A DNA stretch of 64,000 bases from a virus, in the IMG/VR virus record IMGVR_UViG_3300042197_000820, positions 64,020 to 128,019 of that record; one strand, given 5' to 3'. Position numbers and translations under genes: made by a program. Positions 9,509 through 19,971 of the stretch are shown here, piece by piece. The notes below the pieces were generated by a model, which saw nothing but the letters and a program-made list of their open reading frames with translations, did not search any database and had not been told where the DNA came from. Numbering within the stretch: position 1 is the stretch's first letter; each line of letters opens with the position of its first letter.

Positions 9509-12500
9509 TTATCTGGTCCTAGTCTTTGGGGTCAAAGTTATGTTTGGCTGTGTTGTTTGACCGATTGTTTGATTAGTTGTTGTTTGGAACTGTTGAGGTA
9601 CTTGAGCGGACGTAGGAGTTAGCAACGTAGTATTTTGTACCGATGGGGCGGTAGGTGCTACGGCAACTGTTGTAGTAGAGCTAATATTTGGGTTAACTCC
9701 GATACCTGTAATACCGATTCCCTGTCCGACTAATCCGCCTATGGGAATAGATGGTTTTGCGATTACTTCGAAATCCATTTTACCAAACTCAATCAGTGAG
9801 AAGTTATCATAAGGCCAGTTGTAAGAATATCTTTCTTGAACAGCATTGGAACGATTTCCAACCTGCGTCCTAAAAGAAGTAAATCTTGGATCTGGATTAG
9901 ATCTCTTACCGAGTTGTTTGTCTTCGAAGTTAGTTTTGGCGCGTTGTTTGACTTTGAAGACTAGCCATTTTAAGTTAGCATTAGCGTTACCCTCAGTGGC
10001 TCTAAATGCATCAAGTATCTCGTATCCACTCAAGTCGTGTGATATTGTTGATTCAGAAAACTCTACTTTATTTCCTATCTCTGGAGCAATATTCTGCCAC
10101 ATTTTTACAAGATCATTTTGTGAGAATGTGTGAGAGAACTCAAAGACATACATAGAAATAGGGGCATAGTTCAAATCGTTTTCCTCATAGTTATAAAAAT
10201 CAAAAGTAGGAGGGAAAACATATTTTCTCATTTTTCTATACAGATCTATCAAAGACTTACCGGGTTCCACAGGTATAGAGGGCTTGTAACTAGGATTATC
10301 TGCCATTTTTCTAGCTTCTACTGCTACTGGCCTATTGAGTTCAAAGAACTTTCTCTTGCCTTGACTTTCAACAAATGGTACCGCAACGACGGCTTCATAA
10401 ACAGTTTTGGACTTCCCAATATCACCAACCCTCGTAGACTTCTTACGGAACTTTACGATATCCAATAGAGAAGCCATTTGAGAACTTGCTCCGTAAATAT
10501 TCTTAATAGCAGTTGGCATACTTTCTTTTAGACGATTATTAATCCAAACGTTTTCGATTGGTGAAACTTCTAAGAAAATACCCTTATCTGGTGAGTCGGG
10601 TACAACTCCAAACTGATGCCACATACCAACAGCAACAGACTCAGATGCAACTGTTGGAAGCGTCAAAGATTGAGTGCCAATAGAGGAAGTAAAGTTTAGA
10701 ACAGGTGTTTCAAATTTTGGTTGGATTACCCAAATGTGATCATTGGACGATTTATCTTCTTTAATAGTTGTCGGGTTGCCATTGGCATCAAAATCAACAG
10801 ATTTAACTGGTACTTTGGAGAAGAGATTTATAGATGAAGTTAGTTGCATCGCAAAACGATTTGCATATTCTCCATATGGATGATTGTCGTATAGATTACC
10901 CCTTACCCAATCAGAACCAGAATCAACCCTCCAACAAACGACCCTACTATCGCCAAAAATGTCGTCAAGGGTATGGGTTGTTTGAGAGGCAGTAAAGATA
11001 ATGTCTGCCCATGCTTCACCGTCGTAGTAAGGAGGGGTGAAGGCTAAATCATACGCGAACAAACTATCTGGTCTTGCTGATGATGTATAAGAGCCAGTAT
11101 CTACATATTTTCTAGCTGCCATTGGAGGACCAAAAGCAGAAGGTCTAGAATACATGGTTAAGCTTTCTCTCAGGTCCGTTTGAGTAAACGAGTTCTGTGG
11201 TGTAGGATAGTTGTTACTAAAGATGCGTGGTACATTGGTGCTTCTGCGTAGTCTAACTCTCATAGAGTAATATGTTCCCGGTGTAAAGCCGGTAAACTTA
11301 GATTGTGGATCAGATACGAGACTAGCCATTTCACCTTTATCTAAGTAAAAGTCTACTACTTCAGCTAGGAAGTTATTAGCCATTAGTTCGTACAAATCAT
11401 CACCATTACCATCCCAACTGGCGCTTAGAACGAGAGAGGCACTTGGATGGGGTTCCATATCAACGAATCTAACATCCTTTAGATATGATTTTGGATCATA
11501 TATAGCTTCAAATGGGATTCTTAAATCAAATCCATTCATTCCACCAGAGCCGGTACCAAGTAAATAATATTCTGTATAACTTCCAGTAGAAGCAACAGTC
11601 TCACTTGGAGTTCCTGGGGCACCTGTTAGATCTGCATTCTGTATTTGTACTTTATCGAATGAAGCCGTATAAATAGGATAGTCTACTGCGATACCAGATT
11701 TGATAGTATTATACAGAATACCGGGAGCAAACAAAGGAGTGTAAAGCGGACGGAGTTTAATGTTATCTGCTCCACTAGTTAAACTGCCTGTGTCCGAACC
11801 TCTAGACTGTATAAATGAACCATACGATTTTGAAAACTGGAATGCTAAATCAACTGTTCTCTCCGAAGGATAGAAACCATCGTATGGAATAAACTTCTTT
11901 AAACCTTTAAACTTAAGTTTTATTGACTCTGGTTCTACGATTCCTTTGAGTTCATTTAAAGTTTCTTCTAGATTTTCGAAAAGATCCGATGTAGCATAAA
12001 CCTTATAAAAATCTGTGTCTAGGCTACTAGAAGCAACTGTTGCACTAGATGTTATAGCACAGACTCCGAATATATCAAACATCCCAAGATTTTCTGACAA
12101 GAAGTTGCCTTGTTTCTTGTTAACATAATAATCAATAAAGTTTGATATTCTAAACTCTGGTAGTATTGAGTAAGACTGATTGTGTGGTCTCAGATCTTCT
12201 GCGAATCCGCCGTATGTATCATAGAAAGGATCAGTCGGTTGTTCTACAAACTCTCCATTATTATTAAAATACCCAGACTTGTTATTAGCTTCCCACTTAG
12301 TTACACCTCCAAAAATAGTTGCGTTTCCAAGAGGGTAAGCGTCTGGGAAAGATCCGAGGTTGCCAAGAGAACCGGTTGTTGTATTTGTAACGGAAAGTGT
12401 TGGTGTAAAAGAAAAAGCCGATCCTAAGAAATGTTTTCTTGAGTACAGTGGAGCTAATCGCAGAGATGCTTTAGAATCGGTGGTCCCTGTATGAACTAAA

Positions 12501-15500
12501 TAATAGTTATTCTGCAATATACCTTCTCGGTAGTCTGCACCTTGTGCGTTTGTAATACCAAACGTCAAGCTGCTAACGGTTTCAAAGTTTGTTGATGCAT
12601 CCAACGCCCAAGAGCTTTGGCTTATTGCAGTCAAAGAACCATTTGTAACCATAGCCTTTTTGGTTGCAAACCCCTTGATATTTCTATCGGTTCTAGAAGA
12701 ACGCCAGAAGTTATTATCAAAGTTTATTCTCTTTCTGATTATATCTAGGCTTTGGTATGCTGACGATGGGTATACCATGTCCGCAAATAAAACGTTTCTA
12801 AGATCTATATTCTTGTTAGATTCAAGGAAGGATCTTATCTGTTTAACTTTATCAGAGTTTTCGTTCCTAATATTCAAAATACTATTAAGTTGTTCATTTG
12901 TAAAATGTGATACTTCATTGTTGACAGAAAGATTTATAATCAGATTTGTATTATCTGAGCCTGCTGTGAAAAGCATTGAAAATGGTTTATTGTCCAGTTC
13001 TACACATGGCTCTATAAACGTGTAAGTTTTTGGGAGCTTCTTTATTATCTGCGTTCCAAGGGTGTCCGAGATAACTGTTGTCAGAAGTTCTACGTCATCA
13101 ACAGTATGCGAAATGGTATTAGTAGATTTTAGTTTTTTGATGTACTTCTTATCACCGTGACGTACTTGATACCAACTAGACTTTGCAAACTTACCGCCTC
13201 TTGTTGCTATAATAGAGTTCAATATATAGGCATTGTTAGTATTGATTGATGTTGGAACAAGTGAAGGATTGATATAGTTGTTAACACTAGCAGTCGTATC
13301 TAAGCCTAAAGTCATCGTATCTAGGTCGAATGGATCAACTATATTGGTTGTCATTCCATTAAAGCCAGTTCTTAGTTGCGAGTTAGCGACTACGGAATAT
13401 CCAGTTGTAACTCCATCTATAAATCCAAATACATTTTTTCCGGTTGAAGTTGTGGCATAACTTACAATCGAAGAAGCGGTAACAAATGTTATTGCAGAGT
13501 TTACCCCAAGAGAAGATGAGTATTTGCCATCTACTGCCACAAAACCTGATGGCACTTCACCCGCTGTTGTTACCGGGAAACTATTATATGTAATAGCTGC
13601 ATCAGTAATCCATGAGTAATGCAAATCGTTTCTCGGGATCTGATGTTGAACAAAATAGTTATCCGAGATAGAAGAACTAAAATACGAACTATCGGTTTGT
13701 TCCAAAACTCCAAGCTTGTTTCTGTAAACACCGTGGAATGATGCTGTACCGCTGTAATCAGCAACCACCGGTATTGAACCACTAGTTAGTCCATTTATTT
13801 CAGAACGAGTTGTCAAGAATGTCCTAAGTGGCAGTCTAACAGAAAGATTCCTGAACGGTAGAGCATTATAGACGCTATATTCACCGTGAGCGGCATCTAG
13901 ACCGGGACCACCTAGATTATCTCCCATTGTAGCTGGATCGCCGGGGGCCGAGAAACGTTGCACAATCACGTTTTTATTCGTTGTGCGTGCTAACTTTGTA
14001 TAATCAGAAGTGCCGCTAACAGCCCATGAGCCAACTGTAGAAGCGTTGAAAGGAGTATCGTTGAAAGATAGATCGTTTTCACTTCTACCAGTTGTCGAAA
14101 CAATATCTAGAGCAAGATTGTAGTTACCAGCGACTGTAGAAGTAGAACCAGTAGAGTGCGCTATGTTTGCAAGGTTTACTGGTCTCTTTGCCATACCATC
14201 TCTGGACACAGTAGTTCTTGGTTTTGTAATATCACGATTTGTTATTGTGATAATACCAGAAGTTAGATTCATATCATAAGCTTCTGGTCTAGTATTGGAG
14301 TCGTATTGGTTTAGCTCAACGTGTCTATGTGCATGACCACCAACATACCTTTCGGTGAATGGACCTTGCATTGGAACCTCAAAGTCCATGTCATATACAT
14401 CTGAGTGGTGTCCAACAATATCAAAACGCTTTCCCGTACCAAATCCTGCTATTAGTTGGGCTTGATAACCTGTATTTGGTACCCCAGAAGAAGCACTCAT
14501 GAAAGTGAATGGAAGTACCGAATATGCTCCAATCTGAGTTGTGCCGAACGTAGCGCGGAACTTCATTCTCACTTTCTTAAGTTCAATCGGAGTTTTTACA
14601 GGTTCTAGCAGTTTGATTGTGCTGATGTCTTTGCAATCTTCTTGTTCCTCAAAGTTGTCGAGAACTAAGGTTGCGCCGCTGAGACTAGCAACAATGGCCT
14701 TCCAGACTTTAGTAACAAATCCCTTTGGAGCATTTAGACCAACAAATAAGACTTGTTCCACTACTTGTGAGAACTTTGAATCCAAAGACATATCAAAGTT
14801 ATAAAGTTGTGTAAATCTGCGTACTGAGTAATCAGAACCATAGTATGCTGTTCCGTCTGGTTTGGCTAGAAGAGGACCAGAACCAGATGTATGGGTAGTT
14901 ACAGTTCTTCTTATATTTTCTCTCTGTGCGTCTATTACAGAGTTCCCAGAAGTTATGACAGTTCCGTTACGTTCTGCTCTACGATTCCACCAATAACAGT
15001 TCTCGTTCTCCACATTAGCGATTGGATGGTAACCACGATTCCAAGGATACAACATTTCGGCAATACCGAATACACGACCTTCGTAGTTACGATTTTTATA
15101 TTTCAGAAGCGGATAGTTGTACTTGTAGTGGTTTCTTTCTAGTATATGACTTTCGATAACATTAGTAACTCTATCACCGGCATCAGCAGTGATTGGAACT
15201 AGCTGTCGTAGCATCTCCGACAAAGATTGGTCAATCCAGCGGTAATAACTAAAATATCTATCTACATCGATTATATTACCAATCTTCCTAAAATACAGCT
15301 CTCTCAGGTTATTCAGTTCTTTGTGTTCTTCTCTGTATCTTTGAGCAGGTTGATGGTATAGATTATTCAGTTCTTTTAAAGAAGAAAACATATTTAGCAT
15401 GTCTTTCGAGACATTTCTAAATGGACTTTTCTCAAACGAAAAATAGTAGTTTACAGGAAGAATCTCTTTTGTAAATGTTTCGTCATCTGTTGCAGGAGTT

Positions 15501-18500
15501 TGTATTAGATCATAACTGTTTATCTCATCTGGTAGCGATTGTTCAGCAAAGTTTATATATTCTTTGCTTATAACTGTACTATCTGATGCTGGGAAGTTAC
15601 TTGCTTTTCCGCTGTATATAACATTAGTTATATCCGAAATCTGACCAAAAAGTGATTTAGAGTAAGAACCTGATGAGATATCGAATACTGAAAACTCTCC
15701 AGATGTATCCGAGCCAGTAACAGAAGCAAAATCCCAATGTAAAGCTAGAGTTTCTATCTGCGGAACATATGTACCTGACACCACTGACTGATTCAAAAAT
15801 GCATTTCTTGCAGCATTTGGCATACCATAAGAAATAGGGTTTTGTGCGTGAAAGTCAATCGTATCGCTGTCTAAAGGATACAACCAATGTCTTAACGAAC
15901 CGATTCTGACATCTGTTTTTACGTCTGCTGAGCCTGTTATATTGTTCCTGTGTGCGCCCGCGTAAAATCTCTTTGGAGTAGAAGATAGTGTTTTACCTTG
16001 ATCATAAGTTAAAGATTGAGTTAAATAGAATGAATCTATAACTATATCTAGTTCTTTATTAACTCCATAAAACTCAAGTGTGTATGTACCACTTACACTA
16101 CCAGTTATCCCTTCGGCATGTAGGAACTTGTCTGGTCTTAAAGTGATAGCAAAATTCCATTTTTTATTGTCATAAACGGAATAAAAAATGCTGCTTGTTA
16201 AATATACGTTTGTTGTTCCACCGATTGTACCAGTCAATATAAAAGAAGCATCAACCGATTCTGTGTTTGTTCTTGAACTATAAACTTTCAGATTCGTTTC
16301 ATTTGCAGGAAAAGTGAAATCTGTCGGTGCTGCTGTATTAGCTTGGTGAAAACCAACTATAGAAGATGTGGTATGCAGAGTAAAGAAATATCCCGCATCT
16401 GCAAACTTTGGTTTCTTTGGAAATATAGCTTCTGTTTCAGTTGTAAAACCAACTTCTCTTAAGTTAAAAGTAGTTAGATTTCCCGAAACATAGGAGTTGT
16501 TTCCCGGAGTATGATGAATACTAGCATCAAAGTAGGCTGGATTGTGGAAGTTAACAAACTTCTTTCCTATCGATGGGAAATCATATCGATTATCGTACTT
16601 ATATCTTGTATTGTTTGGATATATTGAAATATTAACAAGATCGTCATCTACACCAAAGTTTCTTATTAAGTTTCTAAAAGACTTCTGTGTACCCTTTGAC
16701 TTGTAGATGTAGACCAAGTTGTTGTATACATTCTGATATACTTGATTTTTAATGTCTGTTAGTTCTTCTTCAAATACTTTCTGAGAGTCTGTGTTCAGAA
16801 TCTTCTCGTATAGCTTAGCATTTTCGAAAATATTTGGACTGACAAATCCCTGATTTGCCAGAAGTTCCGAGGAGAATGGTATCGGTTTCCCGTAACTTGC
16901 GCTAATGTATTCCTTATTTTTGAGCTTATTTAGCGAATCTATGGATAGATACATTTCATCTAGTTGATAAGCCATTATCTGTGTTAGATTGAAAAGATTA
17001 CCATTGTAAGTACCCTCAGAATCTGTAGCACGATCCTCGTCTATAATCCAAGAGGGCATAGAACCGTATAGAGATGAAATATTTTGGCTATCATGCTCGC
17101 TTCCAGAAGCCAATAGCTCTTCTCTAAGAGAAACAACGCTTGGATGTGTTTCTCTAATGACTGGATCTAGGTACTCATAGTTTGTTGCATTTGACAGAAC
17201 CATAGCAGAGCCGGTAGATCTTGCAGATGTACCGGGGTATCCGTACCAGATACCATTGCTAATACGTCCAGAGTAGTCCAACACTGTTGAATCGATGGAA
17301 GTGTCTCCGACTATACCCTCGTTAAACTTATAATAGACACCTAGTTCGGTATTAGAGATATCAGTGTTTGTACCACCGCCAACTTGTGTTCTATAGTAGA
17401 AACTTATCTCCTTTTCATCGCGGACTGATTTCCAGTACCTGAACTCGTCTAAAGACGCGGATAGTTTTCCGTATCCTGTCATATTGATACCGTGATAAGT
17501 ACTACCAGATGGACTTGTCTTTAAGGCACCAATAGATGCTACCATCGCACCATCTACAGTATTCATTGCTTTACCAGCAAATGTACTCAAATATTCACGG
17601 CTACCATTTACATATGCCTTAACTGCCAAATCACTTCCGGTATTCTGGAATGTAAAAGCATAGTGTCTCCAAGTATTGTCACTAAGACTTGAAGTTGTAA
17701 AGTTTGTTATAGAGATGGTCTGGTTGATACTGACTGACCCAGAGGACATCTCAAAATAGAAAGTCGATAATCCATCGGCAGAACCAGTAAGACCTAACAG
17801 AAGTCTTCCATATCCAGAACTAGAAGATACCTCGCTATTCCATAAATCGAATATTACCTCTTTTTCATTTGAAGTGGTAGAATATCCGCTCTTCTTTAAC
17901 CAGAACTCTACAGTTGCACCGTATGAAGGATTGATAAGGAGGTTGTTAGTCCTTGTACCCGTTCTTCCATCAGGTAGTCTAGAAGCTGTTGCGTAAACAT
18001 CCGTCTGATATTTGTTGGCATCATCAAATGTTTCTGCCAAGGGATTCCCTATCATACCTTGAGAAGCGGTGTGCGGTCCTCCAAATAAATAAATATATTC
18101 TTTGGAGGTTGGGTTACCGTAGCCTCCTACTTTTCCACCACTAAAGTTGTAGTTGTTGGTAGATAGAGTAATAAAACCGTTATATCTTGGATATCTTTTA
18201 TCTAGTAAATAAAGTTCTAGATAAGTACATTTTTCTAGGTATTCATTAAGTTCTTTCTTGGAGCCGTCGTATGGGAACTCATTTAAAATATTAGTTATTG
18301 ATGAAGAGTAATAGTTTTCAGCAGATCCAAACTTCACAAAGTTTTTTGGATCTGAGAAATCACTAAGCGGAACAAATCTCTGGGTAGCTCGATATTTTGC
18401 GGCGATATTATCATACGACTCAGCATACAGATATATATCGCTGCTATTGGTATCGGTTACAGGTACTGTGTTCTTTTTTTGGAGTTCGAATAAATCTTTG

Positions 18501-18508
18501 ATGCTCAT
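9509..18508 (-). CDS. Giant baseplate wedge protein (T4 gp7 / P2 gpI-like core) with two LamG/ConA-like domains
   Basis: 2999 aa. IYKSKGTQKSFRNLIRNFG is a gp7/gpI-type motif. LamG signatures: TVEFWLK...WRHYAFTF...AYVNG...SLDEFRYW, and KWNFAITL...IGSLRHW. It lies just downstream of gp6. Confidence 0.7.
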   Translation of the reverse strand: MSIKDLFELQKKNTVPVTDTNSSDIYLYAESYDNIAAKYRATQRFVPLSDFSDPKNFVKFGSAENYYSSSITNILNEFPYDGSKKELNEYLEKCTYLELYLLDKRYPRYNGFITLSTNNYNFSGGKVGGYGNPTSKEYIYLFGGPHTASQGMIGNPLAETFDDANKYQTDVYATASRLPDGRTGTRTNNLLINPSYGATVEFWLKKSGYSTTSNEKEVIFDLWNSEVSSSSGYGRLLLGLTGSADGLSTFYFEMSSGSVSINQTISITNFTTSSLSDNTWRHYAFTFQNTGSDLAVKAYVNGSREYLSTFAGKAMNTVDGAMVASIGALKTSPSGSTYHGINMTGYGKLSASLDEFRYWKSVRDEKEISFYYRTQVGGGTNTDISNTELGVYYKFNEGIVGDTSIDSTVLDYSGRISNGIWYGYPGTSARSTGSAMVLSNATNYEYLDPVIRETHPSVVSLREELLASGSEHDSQNISSLYGSMPSWIIDEDRATDSEGTYNGNLFNLTQIMAYQLDEMYLSIDSLNKLKNKEYISASYGKPIPFSSELLANQGFVSPNIFENAKLYEKILNTDSQKVFEEELTDIKNQVYQNVYNNLVYIYKSKGTQKSFRNLIRNFGVDDDLVNISIYPNNTRYKYDNRYDFPSIGKKFVNFHNPAYFDASIHHTPGNNSYVSGNLTTFNLREVGFTTETEAIFPKKPKFADAGYFFTLHTTSSIVGFHQANTAAPTDFTFPANETNLKVYSSRTNTESVDASFILTGTIGGTTNVYLTSSIFYSVYDNKKWNFAITLRPDKFLHAEGITGSVSGTYTLEFYGVNKELDIVIDSFYLTQSLTYDQGKTLSSTPKRFYAGAHRNNITGSADVKTDVRIGSLRHWLYPLDSDTIDFHAQNPISYGMPNAARNAFLNQSVVSGTYVPQIETLALHWDFASVTGSDTSGEFSVFDISSGSYSKSLFGQISDITNVIYSGKASNFPASDSTVISKEYINFAEQSLPDEINSYDLIQTPATDDETFTKEILPVNYYFSFEKSPFRNVSKDMLNMFSSLKELNNLYHQPAQRYREEHKELNNLRELYFRKIGNIIDVDRYFSYYRWIDQSLSEMLRQLVPITADAGDRVTNVIESHILERNHYKYNYPLLKYKNRNYEGRVFGIAEMLYPWNRGYHPIANVENENCYWWNRRAERNGTVITSGNSVIDAQRENIRRTVTTHTSGSGPLLAKPDGTAYYGSDYSVRRFTQLYNFDMSLDSKFSQVVEQVLFVGLNAPKGFVTKVWKAIVASLSGATLVLDNFEEQEDCKDISTIKLLEPVKTPIELKKVRMKFRATFGTTQIGAYSVLPFTFMSASSGVPNTGYQAQLIAGFGTGKRFDIVGHHSDVYDMDFEVPMQGPFTERYVGGHAHRHVELNQYDSNTRPEAYDMNLTSGIITITNRDITKPRTTVSRDGMAKRPVNLANIAHSTGSTSTVAGNYNLALDIVSTTGRSENDLSFNDTPFNASTVGSWAVSGTSDYTKLARTTNKNVIVQRFSAPGDPATMGDNLGGPGLDAAHGEYSVYNALPFRNLSVRLPLRTFLTTRSEINGLTSGSIPVVADYSGTASFHGVYRNKLGVLEQTDSSYFSSSISDNYFVQHQIPRNDLHYSWITDAAITYNSFPVTTAGEVPSGFVAVDGKYSSSLGVNSAITFVTASSIVSYATTSTGKNVFGFIDGVTTGYSVVANSQLRTGFNGMTTNIVDPFDLDTMTLGLDTTASVNNYINPSLVPTSINTNNAYILNSIIATRGGKFAKSSWYQVRHGDKKYIKKLKSTNTISHTVDDVELLTTVISDTLGTQIIKKLPKTYTFIEPCVELDNKPFSMLFTAGSDNTNLIINLSVNNEVSHFTNEQLNSILNIRNENSDKVKQIRSFLESNKNIDLRNVLFADMVYPSSAYQSLDIIRKRINFDNNFWRSSRTDRNIKGFATKKAMVTNGSLTAISQSSWALDASTNFETVSSLTFGITNAQGADYREGILQNNYYLVHTGTTDSKASLRLAPLYSRKHFLGSAFSFTPTLSVTNTTTGSLGNLGSFPDAYPLGNATIFGGVTKWEANNKSGYFNNNGEFVEQPTDPFYDTYGGFAEDLRPHNQSYSILPEFRISNFIDYYVNKKQGNFLSENLGMFDIFGVCAITSSATVASSSLDTDFYKVYATSDLFENLEETLNELKGIVEPESIKLKFKGLKKFIPYDGFYPSERTVDLAFQFSKSYGSFIQSRGSDTGSLTSGADNIKLRPLYTPLFAPGILYNTIKSGIAVDYPIYTASFDKVQIQNADLTGAPGTPSETVASTGSYTEYYLLGTGSGGMNGFDLRIPFEAIYDPKSYLKDVRFVDMEPHPSASLVLSASWDGNGDDLYELMANNFLAEVVDFYLDKGEMASLVSDPQSKFTGFTPGTYYSMRVRLRRSTNVPRIFSNNYPTPQNSFTQTDLRESLTMYSRPSAFGPPMAARKYVDTGSYTSSARPDSLFAYDLAFTPPYYDGEAWADIIFTASQTTHTLDDIFGDSRVVCWRVDSGSDWVRGNLYDNHPYGEYANRFAMQLTSSINLFSKVPVKSVDFDANGNPTTIKEDKSSNDHIWVIQPKFETPVLNFTSSIGTQSLTLPTVASESVAVGMWHQFGVVPDSPDKGIFLEVSPIENVWINNRLKESMPTAIKNIYGASSQMASLLDIVKFRKKSTRVGDIGKSKTVYEAVVAVPFVESQGKRKFFELNRPVAVEARKMADNPSYKPSIPVEPGKSLIDLYRKMRKYVFPPTFDFYNYEENDLNYAPISMYVFEFSHTFSQNDLVKMWQNIAPEIGNKVEFSESTISHDLSGYEILDAFRATEGNANANLKWLVFKVKQRAKTNFEDKQLGKRSNPDPRFTSFRTQVGNRSNAVQERYSYNWPYDNFSLIEFGKMDFEVIAKPSIPIGGLVGQGIGITGIGVNPNISSTTTVAVAPTAPSVQNTTLLTPTSAQVPQQFQTTTNQTIGQTTQPNITLTPKTRTR

Positions 18509-18510
18509 TA

Positions 18511-19971
18511 CTACTCTACTCTAAACTTGAAAGTCTCGGGTTGTTCAACATAAGATCCGATAGATCCGTTGTAATAAGAGAACTTTATAGCATAACTATA
18601 ACCGGCTTCAAAAAGATTCGTATCTAAATCAAAATAGTTTCCTTCTGAGTCGTAGGAAAGTGCCGTATGTTGTGTGCTGCCTGTTCCGTAAGCTATTACG
18701 TCCAGATCGTCTATAACGCGATAAACCTTATATGAACCGCTTTCTACAATGGAGGCAACAGGTGTTGCTGTCGCAACCGTATAGACTGTAGGAGTCCAGT
18801 TTCTAGGTCTTGCGTAAACTCTAAATCTTTCTGTTTGCCCCCTTGTATAAGTAGGTTTGAGATTTGTTATTTGAGTAGTAAACTGTTCTGCATTGGCCGA
18901 AGATTCTCCAGCCAGAACTTGTGGTTCTATTGAACCTGTGAAGTATTGGGTAGTTAGATTTCCGTTGTGCCATACGTCGAAAATCGTTTCTAATGGGGTT
19001 GTGGCAGCGGTTAGTGCAAAGCTAGCCGAGTAGATACCCGTAGACACCCAGCCGCCTGTAACAACCGTTGGAGAGCCTGCTGTAACGCTTATTCCATCAG
19101 CCACAAGGGTCAATGCCGAGGCGGTCGGAACGGTCGAACCAGAGAAAACCGATACATAGACGTTACCCGTTCCAACGGCTGGAATATTCCTGAGAATACC
19201 ACGATGGTAGTTATAAAAGTAGATTGTATTTAGATTTTCGGCTGCGGTAGACAAAGAACTACTGTAGAAGAAGTTAGCTCTTTTATCTTTTTTAGCACTA
19301 TTGAAGCGTGCTTCGATTACTGGTCTTCTGAAGAAGAACTCTGACGATCTTGCAAAAAACCTTTTAGTGTAAAGAGAAGTAGTCGGCGCGCTCTCGGCAG
19401 AACCAGAGATCTTTATAAGTAATCCATCATTTGGTTTCGTACCAGCTAACCATTGTTCCACTATATCACTAACATTTACTAGTAGATCTTCGGTCCCATC
19501 AGTTCCGAAAGATTGAGTGAATACTGGAGTAGAGTAATAATCTCCCCCTTCGGATACCCACCCAGCCGTCGCACTGGCACTAATCCAGTTAGAAACATCT
19601 GAGTCTGAGTAGTCATCTAAATCTAATCCTCGGCCTTCTGTCCAAGAACCGCTAACTGCTCTTATTTCTAGATCATAGTTTCTTGGTACCGAGTAAGCGT
19701 GGGCTGCATTAGTCATTTTAAGATAAAAAGAAACGTTTCCAGAAGCAGCTAATAAACCAGATGATCTATCTGTTGTCATCTGATTAGTATCGAACTGTAT
19801 TAGCATTCTGCTTTTTTCTATAGAAGAACTAGAAGCCTGTCCATAAATAACAAAAGTCTCCAAGACATCTGCGAGTCCTGTATTAGAACCAGTTGCCCTC
19901 GTTATCAAATCGCCCTTAAAAGCGTTTGATATTGTATTATCTTTTGTAGCATTGTAACGTTTTATGGCCAT
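18511..19971 (-). CDS. DNRLRE-like beta-sandwich domain virion protein
   Basis: ATKDNTI...SRMLIQFD...VSGSWTEG...VSDIVEQWLAGTKPNDGLLIK...RPVIEA pattern typical of DNRLRE domains. Confidence 0.65.
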   Translation of the reverse strand: MAIKRYNATKDNTISNAFKGDLITRATGSNTGLADVLETFVIYGQASSSSIEKSRMLIQFDTNQMTTDRSSGLLAASGNVSFYLKMTNAAHAYSVPRNYDLEIRAVSGSWTEGRGLDLDDYSDSDVSNWISASATAGWVSEGGDYYSTPVFTQSFGTDGTEDLLVNVSDIVEQWLAGTKPNDGLLIKISGSAESAPTTSLYTKRFFARSSEFFFRRPVIEARFNSAKKDKRANFFYSSSLSTAAENLNTIYFYNYHRGILRNIPAVGTGNVYVSVFSGSTVPTASALTLVADGISVTAGSPTVVTGGWVSTGIYSASFALTAATTPLETIFDVWHNGNLTTQYFTGSIEPQVLAGESSANAEQFTTQITNLKPTYTRGQTERFRVYARPRNWTPTVYTVATATPVASIVESGSYKVYRVIDDLDVIAYGTGSTQHTALSYDSEGNYFDLDTNLFEAGYSYAIKFSYYNGSIGSYVEQPETFKFRVE

